DNA of 64,000 nucleotides. Origin: Chrysomallon squamiferum. Its lineage: Eukaryota > Animalia > Mollusca. The position numbers and the translations under genes are program-made. This document shows, in pieces, positions 36,881 through 51,500 of the stretch. Each line of letters starts with the position of its first letter. The stretch's first letter is position 1. Below the pieces are notes generated by a model. That model did no database searches, was not told the DNA's origin, and saw only the letters and a list, made by a program, of their open reading frames with translations. The DNA lies in the NCBI GenBank assembly GCA_012295275.1, contig CM022676.1:18352001-18416000 (forward strand), read 5' to 3'.

Positions 36881-39352
36881 TCAAATATACAGTGGGTTGA
36901 GACCGAACTCCAGCAGAATGCTTTTATTTTTAGCTTGTATCAGTGTCGTGTCGTCTTCCCAGGATCGTCTGGCGCGATCGATCTTTTCCGTCAGTGACGT
37001 CAGAGATTCCTAATAAATATAAAATAAATTATAATAATAAGAATATTTTGAGAATCGCACCACAATTTCCTGCAAATGTCGTAAGGAAACGTGTATGACA
37101 TAACGAATTTCTGAAAAAAAAAGAAACAAGAAAAGAAGAAAAAGATTGTAACGTTACAATTTTCTGAAATATCAAAGTATACCACTTACATCACAGTTTT
37201 CCTGTAAATGTGTAAGAAAATAATCGGCAGCGTATTATTATTTATTTTTTTTGGTTATAAATATACAATAGTGTATTAGTGACAAACTTTTCTGGAAAAT
37301 TTACAAAAACTATAATAATAATAATAATAATAATACCCTATAAATACAGTATTCTCCTCAGACTGAAAATGGAGCTTTTTTTTATTTTTTTTTTGTTAGT
37401 GAATTGCTAATGTCATCAGTCTTTGAATGCAATGTGTAACACAATATACACATAATATATGAGAACAAAATTAATTACAACTGAAATATAGTTGAATGCT
37501 GATGGAATTAATACAAAATAAAGCATATATATGAATTGAAAATTTCGAGCAAATTTCAGCTATTTTAAATTAGTTTTTTCTTTTCTTTATTATTATTATT
37601 TTTTTATATATTTTCATGTCTGTGTCGATATATTCTCTTGGGAAGGAAATGTTGACAGTTTAATGATTGAACAAATTGTCATAGATACAAACTCATGGAA
37701 CTCAAACGCATACCCATACCCACAATACACATACCCACACATAAACAACAAATATATACAAATAAAACATACACACTGACAACACATGTATATACATATA
37801 CACACATATAAAGAAACACACACACACTCAGATTATGCTTCTGCAAAAATGTCACTGTATAAGTGATGAACAGTGTAAATAAAAACAAAAAAAAACTCAC
37901 TAATAAAATTCTCTCATATTCTTTCTCCATGCTGGTGATTTTTCTCTTCAGTTTATCTATCTCTGTGTCCTTCTCCAGAGTGATTCGCTTCTTCTCCTGC
38001 AGAGTGTCATTCAGTTCTTTCTCTGTTGTCTCTGTGCACAAATAAATCATCTTAGTCATGTTGTTGGTGGAGGTACAATAGTAGATGCAGTATTGATAGT
38101 GGTAGTGGTGTACAGTTGTAGTAAGAGTAGTAGTAATGATTGCAGTACTAGTAGTAGTCATAGCAGCAGCAGTGGTAATTGTATAGTAATAGTAGTAGTA
38201 GTAGTAATAATAGTAGCAGTACTAGTAGTAGTAGAACTAGTGGCAGTAGTAGTAGTAATAGTAGCAGCAGCTGTAACTGAGGTAATGGTGGTAGTGGTAA
38301 TAGAAGTAGCTGCAGTGGTAGTAGTAGTGATAGCAGAAATAGCAGTAACAGCAGCAGTACTAGTAATAAAGGTGGAGGCAGTGGTAGTAGTGATGATGGC
38401 ACCAGCAGTAGTAGTAGTAATGGGATAACAGTAGTAGTTGCAGTGGTAGTAGTGACGATGGCACAAGCAGTAGTAGTTGTAATGGGATAATAGTAGTAGT
38501 TGCAGTGGTAGTAGTGACGATGGCACAAGCAGTAGTAGTTGTAATGGGATAACAGTAGTAGTTGCAGTGGTAGTAGTGACGATGGCACAAGCAGTAGTAG
38601 TTGTAATGGGATAACAGTAGTAGTTGCAGTGGTAGTAGTGACGATGGCACAAGCAGTAGCAGTTGTAATGGGATAACAGTAGTAGTTGCAGTGGTAGTAG
38701 TGACGATGGCACAAGCAGTAGCAGTTGTAATGGGATAACAGTAGTAGTTGCAATGGTAGTACCAATAAGCATGTGAGTATAATGTTACAGATCTTTGATA
38801 AGGTCACTGTTAATATATTAACATTATATGCAGCAATTAAATGAGTATGTGTATGTGTGTGTTCACAAGGCATTTGTGTGTATGTTTATATGTGTGTGTT
38901 AGTGATTTTGGTTTTGGTAATAATAATGAGTAATTTGAATGAATCAGTAGACAGACAAACAAGCAGATATACTTACTGAGTTTTTGTGATGTTCTTAGTA
39001 GTTCCGATTCCAGCTGATTTATTTTAAAGCCCATATCAGTCTGCATTGTTTTGTACTGTCTGGTCATATCTGTAACAAATAAACAAACAAATAAATATTT
39101 TAATAAATGCTAAGTAAATAAACAAATCAATGAATCCATCATTCATTCATTTCAATCAATAAGTGAATAATGTAAATAAATATATAACTAAATTATAATA
39201 AAATGAAATAAAATAAAATATCAAGAAGCAAGCAATGTTTGGTTAATGTATAATTCATGGCAGACATTCAAGATATTTTAATATAAAAAAAAAAAAAAAA
39301 AATGAAGAAGAAATATTTAAAAGAATAATGAATGTTCAAAATATATTTGGCA

Positions 39353-39388
<36 letters not shown>

Positions 39389-39580
39389 TAATAATAATAA
39401 TAAAAAAAATAAAAATGAAAGAATAATACAAAAATCATACAAACATATAGACATGATTACACAGACAGGCAGGAAGATTAGACAGACAAACATAAAAAGA
39501 AAAAAAGATAAACTGAAAAGAATAAAACTGATAGACACAATATCTATAGATCTATCTATCTATGTATCTTTCTGTCTGTC

Positions 39581-39620
<40 letters not shown>

Positions 39621-41662
39621 CATGCATAAATAGAAATATTTTTAGCTTGTTAATTACTGATAAACAAGTAATGGTTAGAATGGGAAATACAATGTACCAG
39701 CATTGATATCTTTCTGATCTTGCTGGGTGACTTCCAGCTCCTGTGCGATGTCCACCATTTTCTGTTTGTACTCTTTGCTGTGGTGATTTGCCTTCCGCGA
39801 CAACTGCTTCCTGATAGCTGCAGTAATTGGTAAAACACAGCGTAATTATATCTAAACATACACAGACACACACACACACACACACAGATACATATACATA
39901 CACAGACAGACACACACATACACAGCCAGACAGACACACACACACAGATACACACATACACAGACACACACACAAACAGACACAGATACATACACACACA
40001 CACAGATACACACACACAGACACATGCACACATACACAGCCAGACAGACACACACACACAGATACACACATACACAGACACACACACAGACACAGATACA
40101 TACAGACACACACGCACACAGATACATATACACACACACACAGATACACACACAGACACATATACACACAGACAGACACACACACACACAAACAGACACA
40201 TGCACACACACACAGATACATACATACATGCACACATACAGATACATACACACAAAGACACACACACACACACACAGATACACATACATACATACAAAGA
40301 ATTCAATAAATAAATAAAATATAATATGTATATATATATTGTATAGTTAACTGTAAATGATATAGACATGTAAAATGATCATGTATTATGATATATATTT
40401 AGGATGAATAACAGTATAGCGATGTATTATAATGTATACAGAGAAGGCACCAGACTACAGAGCAGGCACCAGACTACAGAGCAGCCTCAAGGTTAAGTGC
40501 TTGCATCCCATCCTAAGAAAATGATCTGATTTTTATACAAGATTATTATGATCCAAACTTATTTAAGAATAACAGTACTTGAAAACAATAAACTTGTTAC
40601 CAACTAATAATGAACTGTCCAAACTATTATGAACAAGAAATCATTCCTGATATAGTTTGTTTTTATTATGTTGTTTTTTTTTTTTTAATTAAAACAATAT
40701 ATTTTGACATGATGCATATTTATTAATGATGCATGATATATATTATGTAGAGTGATGATATGTACTAATGGTGTGCAATGGTATCAATGATAAATAATGA
40801 ATAATGATGAATACTGGTGATGGTTATATTACAAACCTGCTGTTATATACAGTTTCTTTCCTCTTTTTTTATTTATTTATTTTATTTTTTTTTTTTTGAA
40901 TAATTGTAAAAATACTTTTCCAGCTACTAAACCCACTGAACATGAAATTTTAATCTGTTATATTGTAAAATCTCCATTATTTATCAATGAAATACAAAAA
41001 GTGAAAACAATAAATTAACAATATATCTGTTTATAAGCACATTTTTACTCCAGCTATTTGATACGTTTACTGATATCTAGTGTAAAAAAAAAAAAAAAAA
41101 AAAAAGAAAAGAAAAAGTCCTCTAAAATAATCTGTAATCATGCTTGTTTCTTGAATAGAAAAAAAATATTTCAGACATGGAATAAATAAATAAATACCTA
41201 GATGATCTTTCAAGGCCTCAATCTCATCAATGGTCCTTTTAAATTTATCCTCCAGCTGTAAGGTGGCATCTGAAATATTATAGTAGTTATAGTAGCAACA
41301 GTAGCTGTTGCAGTAGTATAGGTGTAGGAGTAGTAGTAATATTTAAAATTGTTGTTGTTGTGTAGTAATAGTAATAGTAGTAGCAATAATAATAATAGTG
41401 GTAGTAGTACTAGTAGTTGTTGTAGTAATAGTAATAGTAGCAGTAGCAGTAACAGTAACAGTAGTCGGAGTCATAGTATTAGTAGTAATAGTATAGTAGT
41501 AGTAGTAGTAGTTTGTTTTTCTTTTCCAGTTTCTTAAGTCTGACAAATTTCTGTTTTAAAAAAAATATATACTAAACACTGACTTATTACATATTACTAA
41601 CCATCCTTCTTCTTTCCTTTCTTTTTACCCTTCCCTTTTCCTTTCTTCTTTTTAGGAGGCAT
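36881..41662 (-). CDS. CCDC153: Coiled-coil domain-containing protein 153 / dynein regulatory complex subunit 12, 6 exons, 201 aa
   Basis: Exons 41662-41602, 41269-41198, 39817-39698, 39069-38977, 38031-37901, 37009-36881 in consistent phase. [15 protein letters not shown] start, [21 protein letters not shown]-terminal [11 protein letters not shown]. Confidence 0.85.
37458..37710 (+). repeat. ~250-bp direct repeat, copy 2
   Basis: Closely matches 36006-36257. Confidence 0.9.
38080..38762. repeat. (GTA)n-rich tract plus 62-bp minisatellite
   Basis: ATGGCACAAG recurs at 38458, 38520, 38582, 38644, 38706. Confidence 0.9.
39856..40296. repeat. Compound (CA)n/(CAGA)n tract with higher-order duplication
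   Basis: Direct inspection; source of several spurious ORFs. Confidence 0.9.
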
Positions 41663-41702
41663 CGCGGTAAGTAATGATCGAACTGAAGCGCTCTACAATT
41701 AC

Positions 41703-41716
41703 GTTGCTAATGAAAC
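41703..41716. promoter_or_regulatory. X-box (RFX site) upstream of CCDC153
   Basis: GTTGCTAATGAAAC ~40 bp upstream of the ATG; RFX X-boxes are typical of ciliary genes. Confidence 0.6.
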
Positions 41717-42563
41717 TGGGCAGTGTCGCAGTGAAAGTTTTGTCTCACTTGATTGGATAAAAGTAAATTAAGTTGCTGCTTTAAAGGGAAATAACTCCAA
41801 AACATTGGTTAAATGGAATGCGCACTCAGTACCAAGTCCCAATTTATTTCGTCCACGAAAGAATTTATTATTAATATTATTATTATTATTATAGTTATTA
41901 TTATTGTTGTTGTTGTCGTTATTTTTTTTTTCTTGCATTAGGAAAAATAATATGGTAATAACAGGATTGGGACCCTCAATCACCTCAATAAAAATGTATT
42001 TATAATTATAAATACATACACCGAGACACATTAACATTTAAATATATCACGTAATAATAATAACATTAAAATAAATAAGAGAGAAACTGTACAGAAGTAG
42101 AAAAATAAAAAATAAAAAAGTAAAATATGATTTCTTTGTTTATTTCCTTTTTCCTTTTTAATTTAAAAGTATATGAAATTAATTTAAGAAAAAAGATTCA
42201 GTTCTAGCTTCCACTGATTGTTGAAATTTTCATAACAGCAATTCTTGTTAAGATATATTTTTCTATTTAAAATTTCTTTCAAAAATATTTTTTATCAGTA
42301 TTAAAATCAATATTTTCCTCTTCTGTATATCCCTCAATAAATATATTTCACGTTAATGATAAACCAGTTTACAAACTGAATTATTAACTTTATCTCTACA
42401 TTTAAAACAAATAGTGTGAAATGCTATTACATGGCTAATATGTTAACAAAACTAATGATAAACTGAAATAAAGTTTACAATGTTACAAAATAAATAAATG
42501 AATACATTTATTTAATAGTAATAATAAAAATAAATGATATCTGTCTATTTATCTATCTATCTA

Positions 42564-42596
<33 letters not shown>

Positions 42597-44093
42597 ATGT
42601 ATGTATATATATATATATATATATATTAATTTAAGAAAATATGTAAAATTAAAAGAAGAATAAAAATCTAAAAAATTACAATAATGATAAAACACAACCC
42701 TTCCTCACACAAAAAAAAAAAAAAAAAAGAAAATATAAAATAAATAAACAAATAAATAAAAACAGAAAAAAAAAAAAGAAAAAAAAATTAAACACCCTCC
42801 TACCTCCCAAAACTCTACAATGAAACATTTAATTTAAATAATACATATATTATGCCATTTTGATGGAGCTGGTATGAATAAAGGAGGTGTGATTGTTTTC
42901 TATTTTTGAAACTGAAGTAGTTAAAAATAGACAAATCTAAACAAAGACTGGCCTAAGTGAAAATCTGCTGAGAATATTTGACAAGTTGTTTGCATTATGC
43001 CCCAGTAACTATACATCATATCTGTAAATAGATAACAGAAAATACTTAAATAAAATCAAAGAAATTTAAATATGTGTGTGTGTGTGTAGGCAAACAAGTT
43101 AAGATACAAAGTAAGTAAATAATTAGTTATGAATTACAAATCAAGGTTATTAAAGTTATATTTCAAAGCCACAGTTTTGTGTAGGATCTCCTGTATTGTT
43201 CATCTCAAAGTGTAACTGGATCTGCAAATAATAATGATGATGATGATAATAGCAGAACAATAGAAAATTATTTCATTTATGTATTGTAATTATTACTGTT
43301 GTTGTTATTATTGTATTGTTTTTATTATGGGAATACAGAAAGCTAAATCATTTATTTTATTGGATGTAATAATAATAATAATAAACGTAGAATTTATTTA
43401 AAATAAAAAATAAAAAGGAAAATATAGAAGAGTTTGATTAATAACAAAATGCTGCTGCTTCTGTTGCTGTTTCTATCACTAATGTTATTACTGGTGTTAG
43501 AGGAAATATTCCTCTTACTGTATTTTAACCATTTTTGTGTCTTTCATTTTATCATTCTCACAGCGTTTCTGCTTTCTTGACCTCGTTTACTCTCTCTCTA
43601 TGTATATATATTATTAACATATTGTTTTTAAAAATCTATTTCGCACATAATAATTGTAATTAATAACATAGAATATCAATCAAAAACAAAAGAGCATGCC
43701 TGCAAAATATTTGAACCAATGTTTATCCATTTTTTACACTATGTAAATTTCTTCTGTAAAAAATTTAGTTTTGTGTTGAAAAGAAATGATCCTTATTTGG
43801 AAAAGACCATCATATAAATATAATAAGTTTCATTGATCAGTATCATTTACTTTGTAGAAATGAGGAAGGCATTGTTTTGAAAAACAGTCTGCATACAGAA
43901 ATCATGTAATCATTCACCATACCAATATTTAACTATGAAATTTTGTGAAATTAAAATAAAATGTAAGTTAAAATGTGGGCTTTTTCTTTTCAGAAAATAC
44001 ACTTGTACATGAGTGTGCATTTGTTAAATGAAGGTGAGATCTAATTAATTACTGCACAGTTTTAATATATAAATCAGGTTCAAAACAACACCA

Positions 44094-44128
<35 letters not shown>

Positions 44129-44803
44129 CACTTTTAATAATAATAACAGTAATAATAAATAAATAAATCCAATTCTGAATGCATGTTCAGAATAGTAATA
44201 TGAGAAAATCTCAAATAAACAACAAATGTTTAATATTCCACAACAGATAAAAATGTGACATACACTATTTATTCAGAATAACAACAGAAAAAAATAATCT
44301 TGTATACAACACAATGAAGCTGGATACATACAATTTAAACACACACGCCTTTTAACAACAAAAAGTTTATTAAACACAGTGATATCCATTTAGCTGTATC
44401 ATATGCATTCTAACATCAGCTTCATCTATTTCAAAGTTTCAGGCACAAGCTCAATTACAATAATAAAACACAAGAATCAGAGCCGCGGGAAAATAAAATG
44501 TTATAATAAATAGTGAATAGGATAAGTAAAAATTCTAAATAGTTCAATTTTATTTCCTTTTCTGATTGTTTAAATCTGCCCTTTTTCTGTTTAAATTGTT
44601 TATATGATTTTATTTATTTTATTTATTTTTTTGTTTATGACATCACTATTAGTCTTTGACATCACTATTGTCATGGTACCTTTCACATTATAGATACCAG
44701 AAAAAGATAAAACATGTCTAGTTGATTTTGAATGTCTTTGACAAAACTGTTTAATTTATAAATTGATTTGTGACATCATAATTCTGTTATGACATCTCTA
44801 TTG

Positions 44804-46969
44804 TCATGACACTTGTGAAGCTTTGGATGTCAAGGAAAAGTAAAATTCTTTGATTGAATTCCACTGTTTATCACGAATCCAAATGTGAGGTCGCTTTGAC
44901 CTGACGAAGTTCACTGACTCTTCTGGAGTCCAACCTTTGACCTGAAATTAGAGTAACATTTTCTTTAAAACAGATATTATTTATTTAAATATTTGTGTAA
45001 TGTACTACTACTACTACTACTACTACTACTTCCACTATTATTATTATAATTAGTAGTGTTTAATAAACACAAAATGCCACTAAAAACAACTTTAATTAAA
45101 ATCTGAAAATATTTCCTCAGTAAAAAAACTAAAAAATATTTCAGTTATTTTAAAGTGATCTTTTACAAAAAGGTGATAAATACAGATAATGTCGGACACA
45201 GACAGTTTATATTTTGATGATGAATAACAACAGTTTACACATTCATCTATTGTTCAGTAATAACGTGAAACTGAATATTTTTTTATTATGTTCTTTTTAT
45301 TTTTTAATTAATTTTTATTTTCTTCTTCACATTAAGTATGAAGGTATATATATATATATATATATAAATTGGTTATAAACACAACTGTATTTGGTTTCTA
45401 CAGAAAATAATAACGAAAGAATGTAGAAGAAATTGGGACTGATAAGCATTGGAGATCACTGTGCATTCCTATAACTGTAGACTGGAAAACCTTCAGTGCA
45501 GCAGATACATGACCTCCATTATACAGCTTTACAGCAGGCAATCAACATTCCAGTCCAAAAAAACAAACAAAAAAAGGTTTGAATCAATATTAAGTGTGTT
45601 GGTTGTAATTCACTATTGAAATGTTAACATATTACAGCTTATTAAAGTTTTGTGTTCTTTTGTTAGTCATTTCTCTTGACTTCTAAATACAGTATTAGTT
45701 GCTCAGCTTCTCTAAAATACTGGGCTGACATAATGAAAGTGGTGTCGGGGACCAATCAGCCATTTTCTGTGGAGTCTGACGTGCGACTCTGGGATTTTTG
45801 ACAAGGTTGGGGTGTGTCCAGTTCAGGGAGACATTTTCATGATGATGAATAAGATGAATAAGATGAATTTTTAACCATCCAGGCATTATTAGAGCTATTT
45901 CATCCCCTTGTCATCAGCCACACCTTCAACCAGTCAAACAGACATAGCAACCATGTTTCCCTTCTCTCCCTGACAACCTCCCAACCTCTATGCAACAACA
46001 CAGAGCAATAATTTCTCTATAAGCTTAACAATTTTGGCATTAACATCTATAAAGGTTTGGGTGTGATAGCCACACAGTTTAAAAATGGCTCAATGGTCCC
46101 CTGTTTCCCCTATGTTTCCATGGATACCTGACAAAGGTAACATGCGACAACCGTGGCACTTCTTGTCCGTCCAGCCTTGCAGTGAACGTAAACACTGTGA
46201 CCTTTGTGTCGATGTTTGAGGATAAACTGTATTGCCACGGTGATGTTCTCCTGCGTAGGAGTGCCAGTGTAGTCAACCGTGACCAGCTGAAGATGATCGA
46301 CTCCGTGACGTTTCAACTCCTGTGATAAACAATATGTAAATATGAATATTAATTACTTATAATTAATATTACCTGTGCTGTGATGTTTTATATAAATCCT
46401 CAGAACTGAATAAAATGTAAATCACAATATCATAATCTATACATTTTCACACAAAAGTTTGCAACTATGACTTATTTGATGAGTCAAGAAATAAAAAAAA
46501 AGAAAGAAATAGTAAAAACAAAAACAATAATAATTACAATAATAACCACACCAACACTAACACTAACTATAATAATAATAAACAATAACAACAAGAATAA
46601 CAACAATGATGTAAAATAATAGAGATGTTTTCAATAACTGACATAAATGTCAGAAATAAAGAAAATAAAATATAAATTTAATAATTTTTCTATAACAAAA
46701 TTTCATGTCAAAAGAACAAAACTCATGATAAAAATACAGAGAACAAAGTATTAATTTTTTGGTAAAAAAAAAAAAAAAAAAACAAAAAAAACAACTAAGG
46801 ATTAATATTTTCTAATAATAAAAAAAAAATAAAAAAATAAAAAAGGAATTATAATAAAAAAAATATCTTTTCAAACCTCTTTTGTAAGTCCAACATTTTT
46901 AGTTTCAAACTCTTCTGTCACAGAAAGCACTGCCTTCACATTTTCCTCTGTCACTAGCTGAAAAATATA

Positions 46970-47009
<40 letters not shown>

Positions 47010-47565
47010 CATTATGTTTAAGTGGTAAAATAAACAAATGATTGGAATCCACAGCCAACAACAGAAAATGAATCCTGGTGATGTTATTAAACAAATGTTT
47101 TACAATAACTGATAACAGAAAATCAATCAGTATCTTCTAGTAATTAATATTGTTAAAATTTATCAGCAGGGAGAGAAAAATAATCAATAAACTCATACTC
47201 TATAGCTGATTTTAGAAAACTCAGTCAATACAACTGAGGGGTTCAATATATATATATTAGTCATTAAAAAAAAAATCTTTGTTATTGTCAACTGTTGATG
47301 ATAAAAAAAGAAAGATAATGACTCAAAACAAAATTAAATTTAAATTTGTAATTCTATTTTAAAAGCAAATTATATAAACTTACAACTCCTCCACACCCCC
47401 CCAAATAAATCACAAAACCTTTTTCACAATCCAGCTAAGTGGCAGAGCACCAATAATAACTGTTTCGTCAATTCTGTCATACCATCGCCGTGACGACACC
47501 TTTGTCATGAGATAGGTGTATGTAAGAGTTGGGTAGAAAGCCACTTTTGAAAACAGTGATGTCAT
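44804..47565 (-). CDS. PTPMT1: Mitochondrial phosphatidylglycerophosphatase / protein-tyrosine phosphatase 1, 4 coding exons, 185 aa
   Basis: Exons 47565-47419, 46957-46877, 46319-46128, 44941-44804. [22 protein letters not shown], catalytic [21 protein letters not shown]. Confidence 0.95.
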
Positions 47566-47620
47566 TTCTGTAGATCTTGAAAAATGTCAGACATCGGAAT
47601 TTAAATCTATGGAACAAATG

Positions 47621-47665
<45 letters not shown>

Positions 47666-48548
47666 TGATACTAAAATAAAAATACATAAACAAATAAACT
47701 GTTCTTAATGTAGTGTATGTTAAAACAAATATTTATATTTTTTTTTTTTTTTTTTATGTTCATTATTATTATGCCTAACATATTTATTAAAATTAATGCG
47801 TAGTTTATTCTATGCATAATAACTGTTGTTTTTTGTTTTGTTTTTTAATTACTAAATACAATATTTTTTAATAATATAGTTACATGTAATCTGGAATGTT
47901 TTAACAAACCAAATTAAAACTATTATTACCATGACAATGGCTATCATTTTATGATGACATAATACATCCATTGCTATTAATGGTACTGCTAATAGTACTA
48001 TCAGCATTTAAATTTTCTTCTAGTGTCACTATTGCATTTATCACTACAACTGTATTAATAATATTACTATTACTGTTACTATTAATATGACAACTATAGT
48101 TTACTGTTGATGTGTTTCAGCTTTTATTGTTGTTGTTGTCGTTGTTCACTTACCAGTCTAGACGGATTGGTAATTATTTTTCAGTCATGTTTCATCATCA
48201 TCGATTCATTCTATGACTATGGCAACACAAAAGTCATTGCGGTTAGGAAACCAATTGTCTAATTGAACTAATTGTCCACAAATGCAGACAGTGTACCTGA
48301 CCACCTCTACATATTATCTATAGATTGTACCATCTGCGTTCTTCCATGAATAAATAAATAAAATTATTATAATTGTAGATTTTTATGATAATTATTATTA
48401 TTTTTTATTTTTTTTTCACAAAACTCATGGCCACGACTGGTTGCCAGCTGATCTATATGTTAGGCGTACTACATTTACGTCGTCAGTAGGTGGGCAAAGG
48501 TCGCTGTATAGTTTTGTACTTGAAGAGAGAAGTTTTTATTTTAAAACA

Positions 48549-51500
48549 ATGTCTGCGTCACTGAGAGTGCTCGTCGGATGCAAGAGAGTCATTGATTATG
48601 CAGTTAAGGTAAAACAAATTCATGACAAACTTTGTTATATATTTCTTATTTAAAAATATAATTAGTGTTGATCTACCTATTTCCGATGCATTCCTATATT
48701 CGATTCGGTACATAACAGAAAAGGCTGTTTCCTATGTATTTATTTATTTATTTATTTTCTAACATGAATTTAAATACATAGTTTCTTGCTTTACAATTAA
48801 AATTTTCTTTTTTGGAAAGATTCGAGTAAAACCAGATAAAACTGGCGTCGTGACAGACGGTGTTAAACATAGCATGAATCCCTTTGACGAGATAGCCGTA
48901 GAAGAGGCGGTGAGAATGAAAGAGAAAAAACTTGTCAGTGAAATTGTCGCAGTTTCGTGTGGACCGCCTCAGTGTCAGGTATGTAAACAATTGTTATTAC
49001 TCATACAAAACGTGTTATTTTATAAATTCAATGTTCTGTTTGTGTAATTCATTAATATATTTAGTACCATTTTCCATTTTGTTTATCTATCTTATTTATC
49101 TATCTATCTATCGATAATATGTATCTACCTAACTATATATCATTATATGATAATGATGAATTTTATCTGACACTTGTTCACAGCTTGAATCTTCATCTAC
49201 AGAAGGTCTAAAATCCACGTAAAGCCTACAGATTACAGACTTCTAGCTTATTCTGTTATTTGAATGAAATTTACTGAGCAGAAATGTTCTGCATTTTTTA
49301 AAAATATTTTTAAAGTGCTGTTGATTAAAACTGAGTGAAGGTGGACAGATTATTAATAAATTATTCAGTTCCATTTGTTGTATGAAAACTTGTCTCTGAT
49401 TTTCGAACAAGGACTGAAATGAACAAGAGTTCTTTTCTTACCGATATTTTTTTTTCTCTGTTTAGGAAACTCTTCGAACTGCAATGGCCATGGGATGTGA
49501 TCGTGCGATACATGTAGAAATTGACTCCAAAGAGTACGACAAAGTCGAACCACTGCACATTGCCAAACTGTTAGCAAAAATAGCACAGGAAGAGAAAACT
49601 GATATCATACTTGTTGGGAAGCAGGCACGTTTTGTCTTGATTATTTTTAATGTTTTTGTTTTAGTTCATAATCAGCTCTTTGATGTATCTATTATTTTAA
49701 AGAAAAATGTGTAAATTAATTTTATATTCTAAGCTTTATTACACGTAAATGTAACAAAAAATAAATTAAAGAATTCTATTTTATATTAAAATTTTTGGTT
49801 GCAAAAGAAATCAGTTTTTTATAGTTTTATATTTCAACAAAAGTTATTTGTTTGCATTTTTTTACTAATTTGTTTTATTTACTTATTAATTTTACTCTCT
49901 ATTTATTGTTCATTTCTTTAATAACTTATTTATTTATTCTTTCTCTCAGGCCATTGACGATGATGCTAACCAGACAGGACAGATGACAGCAGCCATTTTA
50001 GACTGGGCTCAGGTACGTTACCTTAACAAAAGTGTTTTGTCATCAAAATAGTTAAACCAGTGCAAATAATCTGAAGTGCAGTTAAGTGATTACATAGAAA
50101 AAATACAATATATTCTCTACTCTTAGAATTTTTTAAAATTATTTTTATTATTTATTTATTTATATATTTATCTATCTATTTTTATAATTATTATTATTAT
50201 GTTTTTGGTGGTTATTTCAAAGAATGTTTTATTTTATTTTGTGAAATTGTTAATGAAAATGAAAGAGATGAAAACAAAAAAAAAAAAAAAAAATTAGATG
50301 AGAATACTAAATTGATTTTGTAATGTTTTTTCTAAATTTCAAAATCTGTTATATTATTGAAAACGATACTGAATTTTGCTTTTATTAAAAAAAAAAATGT
50401 TGATCTGTATTTATTTTTTTGCCGAGGTGTTGCTAAACATGAATTCATTCAGAATCTTGTTGCCTGTTTGTTTTTTCTGTTTATCTGTACAGATGTCTGT
50501 CTGTGCATGTCTCTGCCTCTCTGTTTGTATTACTAATTATTCCAGATGGACAGAGAGTTAGAGAATATGCAAACAGATAGATATGAAATTGTGTTAAAAT
50601 ATATTTTCACTCAAAACAAATTTAATTTTAGGGGACATTTGCATCTAAGATTGAGAAAAACAATGGTGGACTCACTGTTACGAGAGAGGTGGATGGAGGC
50701 TTGGAGACAATCAAATTAAAACTGCCAGCAGTTTTGTCTTCTGATCTGCGACTGAATGAACCTCGTTATGCAACCCTGCCCAACATCATGGTAAGTTTTT
50801 AATCTACATAGCTGTACCCAACATCATGTTAAGCTTTTAATCTACACAGCTGTACCTAACATCATGTTAAGTTTTTAGTCTACACAGCTGTACCTAACAT
50901 GTTAAGTTTTTAGTCTACACAGCTGTACCTAACATCATGGTACGTTTTTAGTCTACACAGCTGTACCTAACATCATGTTAAGTTTTTAGTCTACACAGCT
51001 GTACCTAACATCATGTTAAGTTTTTAGTCTACACAGCTGTACCTAACATCATGTTAAGTTTTTAGTCTACACAGCTGTACCTAACATCATGTTAAGTTTT
51101 TAGTCTACACAGCTGTACCTAACATCATGTTAAGTTTTTTATCTACACAGCTGTAATCTGTAGAGCCCTAGGTAACATCATGTTAAGTTTTTAATCTACA
51201 CAGCTGTAATCTGTAGAGCCCTACGTAACATCATGTTAAGTTTTTTTTTATACACAGCTGGCTTAGTCCCATTTGGTAGAATTCCCATTTCGTAGAAAGG
51301 CTAAATGTGGTTCAGTGGTCTTATTGACATGATTGGTTTTACCTCAGTCATAATGAACTGCTCCAGATAATTTGGAAAGCGATTATTATTGTACAAATAC
51401 AGTAACATCTCGCTTAACGATATCCCGCTTTAACAATCTTTCTTCTTTACAAATTATATAAATTGAAATTTAATTTAATAGTTAATTGCTTGAAATAAAT

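Noticed and set aside
38093-40369. Many overlapping 100-240 aa ORFs (poly-T/L/V, CV and HT repeats)
   Set aside because: Products of (GTA)n, 62-bp and (CA)n repeats inside CCDC153 introns.
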